From: Bacteroidota bacterium | Lineage (GTDB): Bacteria; Bacteroidota; Bacteroidia; UKL13-3 | NCBI GenBank assembly: GCA_027484685.1 | Contig: JAIXSO010000007.1 | Span: 3,651-67,650, forward strand | Direction of reading: 5' to 3' | DNA: 64,000 nt | In this document: positions 60,939-64,000 of the stretch, in pieces | Position numbering within the stretch: position 1 is the stretch's first letter | How the letters are laid out: each line of letters begins with the position of its first letter | Position numbers and translations under genes: made by a program | Notes under the pieces: model-generated | The model's input: only the letters and a program-made list of their open reading frames with translations | What the model was told of the DNA's origin: nothing | The model's database searches: none

Positions 60939-63035
60939 TTATGCTTTTCCGTTAATTTTTGCTAATATTTCATCCTGAACATTTCTAGGAGCCTCAGTGT
61001 AATGACTGAATTCCATAGTAGAAGTTGCTCTTCCAGATGATAAAGTTCTTAATTGAGTAACGTAACCAAACATTTCTGCCAAAGGTACTTTTGCTTTTAC
61101 AACTTGAGAACCTGCTCTGCTGTCCATACCTTCTAATTGACCACGTCTTCTATTCAAGTCACCAATTACATCACCCATATTTTCTTCAGGGGTTAATACC
61201 TCTAATTTCATGATAGGTTCTAATAATACTGGCTTGGCTTTTCTAGATGCTTCTTTGAAACCCATTCTAGCTGCTAATTCGAAAGATAATGAATCCGAAT
61301 CTACTGCGTGGAATGAACCATCAAATAAACGAACTTTTAAACTCTCTACAGCATAACCAGCTAAAACACCGTTTGCCATAGCTCCTTTAAAGCCTTTTTC
61401 AACTGAAGGGATAAATTCTTTTGGAATAGCACCACCAACAATTTCATTTACAAATTCTAAACCTACTTTTTCAGGGTCTCCAGGAATTAATTCAAACTGA
61501 ATATCAGCAAATTTACCTCTACCACCCGATTGTTTTTTATACGTTTCTCTATGAGTAACTGGTTGCGTAATAGTTTCTTTGTATGAAACTTGTGGAGCAC
61601 CTTGGTTACACTCAACTTTAAATTCGCGTTTTAAACGGTCAACAATAATCTCTAAGTGTAATTCACCCATTCCTGAGATAACTGTTTGACCAGTTTCTTC
61701 ATCTGTTTTTACTTTAAAAGTAGGATCTTCTTCAGCTAATTTAGCTAAAGCCATACCTAATTTATCGGAGTCAGCTTGAGTTTTAGGCTCAACAGCTAAA
61801 CCAATTACAGGCTCTGGGAAATCCATTGCTTCTAAAACAATTGGGAATTTCTCATCGCATAAAGTATCACCAGTTTTAATATCTTTAAATCCTACAGCAG
61901 CTCCAATATCACCAGCACCTAAACTTTCAATTGGATTTTGCTTGTTTGCGTGCATTTGGAAGATACGAGAAATACGTTCTTTGTTACCACTACGAGTATT
62001 CAAAACATATGAACCTGCATCTAATTTACCTGAATAAGCACGCATAAATGCTAAACGACCTACGAATGGATCTGTTGCAATTTTAAATGCTAAAGCTGCA
62101 AAAGGCTCATCGTATGAAGGTTTGCGTTTTACTTCTTCGTTTGTATCCGGATTAGTACCTACTACGCTTTCTTTATCCATTGGACTTGGTAATAATTCCA
62201 TTACTAAATCTAACATGGTTTGAACACCTTTATTTTTGAAAGAAGAACCACATAACATTGGTACAATTTTCATATCAATAACGGCAGCGCGTAAAGCATC
62301 TAAAATTTCTCTTTCTGATATGCTAGTAGGATCTTCAAAGAATTTCTCCATTAACTTATCGTCATATTCAGAAACGGCTTCCAATAACTTTTCTCTCCAA
62401 TGTAATGCATCTTCCATCATATCATCAGGAATAGGAACTTCTTGGAAAGTCATACCTTTATCATGCTCATTCCAAACCATTCCACGGAAGTTGATTAAAT
62501 CAACAACACCTTTGAAACTATCTTCAGCACCTATTGGTAATTGTAAAGGAACTGCATTGCTACCTAACATTTCTTTAACTTGTTTCACCACGTTTAAGAA
62601 ATCAGCACCAGAACGGTCCATTTTGTTAACGAAGCCCAAACGAGCCACGTTGTAATTATTAGCTAATCTCCAGTTAGTTTCTGATTGAGGTTCAACACCA
62701 TCAACAGCACTAAATAAGAAAACTAAACCATCTAATACACGTAATGAACGATTTACCTCCACGGTGAAATCAACGTGACCAGGGGTGTCAATAATATTGA
62801 TTTGGTATTTGTTACCTCTGTATGCCCAAGGCACAGTAGTTGCAGCAGAAGTGATTGTTATACCACGTTCAGCTTCTTGTACCATCCAGTCCATTGTAGA
62901 AGCACCATCATGTACTTCACCAATTTTATGGTTAACACCAGAATAGTATAATATACGCTCAGTTGTTGTAGTTTTACCTGCATCAATATGAGCTGCAATT
63001 CCTATGTTTCTTGTTAGTTTTAGGTCGCGAGACAT
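60939..63035 (-). CDS. fusA: Elongation factor G
   Basis: [30 protein letters not shown]. Confidence 0.99.
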   Translation of the reverse strand: MSRDLKLTRNIGIAAHIDAGKTTTTERILYYSGVNHKIGEVHDGASTMDWMVQEAERGITITSAATTVPWAYRGNKYQINIIDTPGHVDFTVEVNRSLRVLDGLVFLFSAVDGVEPQSETNWRLANNYNVARLGFVNKMDRSGADFLNVVKQVKEMLGSNAVPLQLPIGAEDSFKGVVDLINFRGMVWNEHDKGMTFQEVPIPDDMMEDALHWREKLLEAVSEYDDKLMEKFFEDPTSISEREILDALRAAVIDMKIVPMLCGSSFKNKGVQTMLDLVMELLPSPMDKESVVGTNPDTNEEVKRKPSYDEPFAALAFKIATDPFVGRLAFMRAYSGKLDAGSYVLNTRSGNKERISRIFQMHANKQNPIESLGAGDIGAAVGFKDIKTGDTLCDEKFPIVLEAMDFPEPVIGLAVEPKTQADSDKLGMALAKLAEEDPTFKVKTDEETGQTVISGMGELHLEIIVDRLKREFKVECNQGAPQVSYKETITQPVTHRETYKKQSGGRGKFADIQFELIPGDPEKVGLEFVNEIVGGAIPKEFIPSVEKGFKGAMANGVLAGYAVESLKVRLFDGSFHAVDSDSLSFELAARMGFKEASRKAKPVLLEPIMKLEVLTPEENMGDVIGDLNRRRGQLEGMDSRAGSQVVKAKVPLAEMFGYVTQLRTLSSGRATSTMEFSHYTEAPRNVQDEILAKINGKA

Positions 63036-63058
63036 TTTATTTTACTCTTTTTTATTTA

Positions 63059-63529
63059 TTATGATAATTTAAAATGAGAGAACGCTTTATTAGCATCAGC
63101 CATTTTATGCGTGTCTTCTCTTTTCTTAACTGAAGCACCTTCGTTTTTAGAAGCGGCAATAATTTCAGCAGCCAATTTATCTGACATAGATTTTTCGCTA
63201 CGTCTGCGGCTATACAAAATTAACCATTTCATACCAACAGCTACTTTTCTATCAGCAGGAACTTCAATTGGAATTTGGAAAGTAGAACCACCAACTCTTC
63301 TTGCTTTTACCTCTACAGACGGCATAACGTTGTTTAATGCTTTTTTCCAAACATCGATACCTCGTTCTTGAAGTTTAGCTTCTACTTTATCTAATGCTTC
63401 GTAGAATATTGCGTAAGAAGTATTTTTCTTACCATTCCACATCATATTATTTACAAACCTTGTAACCAAAGTATCGTTAAACTTTGGATCAGGTGTTAAA
63501 ATGCGTTTTTTAGGTTTTGATTTTCTCAT
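63059..63529 (-). CDS. rpsG: 30S ribosomal protein S7
   Basis: RRVGGSTFQIP, HKMADANKAF. Confidence 0.98.
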   Translation of the reverse strand: MRKSKPKKRILTPDPKFNDTLVTRFVNNMMWNGKKNTSYAIFYEALDKVEAKLQERGIDVWKKALNNVMPSVEVKARRVGGSTFQIPIEVPADRKVAVGMKWLILYSRRRSEKSMSDKLAAEIIAASKNEGASVKKREDTHKMADANKAFSHFKLS

Positions 63530-63557
63530 TGTAATCTATTGCTTTTAGGCTTCTAAA

Positions 63558-63974
63558 TTATTTTTTCTTTTTGCCTTTAGCGTCTGCCGCAGGAGCTGCT
63601 CCTGGTTTAGGACGTTTAGTTCCATATTTAGAGCGTTGTTGTGTTCTACCTTCAACACCCGCAGTATCTAATGCACCACGAACAATGTGATATCTTACAC
63701 CCGGTAAATCTTTAACACGACCACCACGTACTAATACGATAGAGTGTTCTTGTAAATTGTGACCTTCTCCAGGAATGTAAGCATTTACCTCGTTACCGTT
63801 AGTTAAACGAACACGGGCTACTTTACGCATTGCTGAATTTGGTTTCTTTGGCGTAGTAGTGTAAACACGAGTACAAACACCTCTGCGTTGAGGACAATTG
63901 TCAAGTGCTGGTGATTTACTTTTAAAAACCACATCGGTACGACCTTTTCTAATAAGCTGTTGTATAGTTGGCAT
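63558..63974 (-). CDS. rpsL: 30S ribosomal protein S12
   Basis: [22 protein letters not shown]. Confidence 0.99.
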   Translation of the reverse strand: MPTIQQLIRKGRTDVVFKSKSPALDNCPQRRGVCTRVYTTTPKKPNSAMRKVARVRLTNGNEVNAYIPGEGHNLQEHSIVLVRGGRVKDLPGVRYHIVRGALDTAGVEGRTQQRSKYGTKRPKPGAAPAADAKGKKKK

Positions 63975-64000
63975 ATTAATTAAATTCTTATAACCTCTTT

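Overview
AT-rich (roughly 30% GC by eye) Bacteroidota chromosome segment: T9SS-sorted proteins, TAnnTTTG promoters, no Shine-Dalgarno motifs. The right third (46.9-64 kb, minus strand) is the intact str-S10-spc-alpha ribosomal supercluster (rpsL to rplQ), including rpmD and rpmJ, which the ORF track missed. The left two thirds mix housekeeping genes (ccmF/ccsA, KirBac channel, GT2s, M16 peptidase, prmC, parAB, MFS, persulfide dioxygenase-rhodanese locus, wecA-like) with accessory, defence-like genes: a large nuclease-RecQ helicase fusion cut by the left edge (absent from the ORF track), a RelE/ParE-like toxin broken by an in-frame stop, a 1495-aa CHAT (caspase-like) protein and a Schlafen/AlbA_2 protein. 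Three non-obvious signals stand out. (i) An orphan sigma54 promoter points at a ~65-nt ORF-less unit with its own terminator, and that unit's 14-nt core recurs before another terminator. (ii) Accessory genes are bracketed by duplicated intrinsic terminators with no recombinase nearby. (iii) Many short-period repeat tracts sit at accessory-gene junctions. No tRNA, rRNA, CRISPR array or transposase was recognised. All domain calls are by-eye motif recognition, not database searches.
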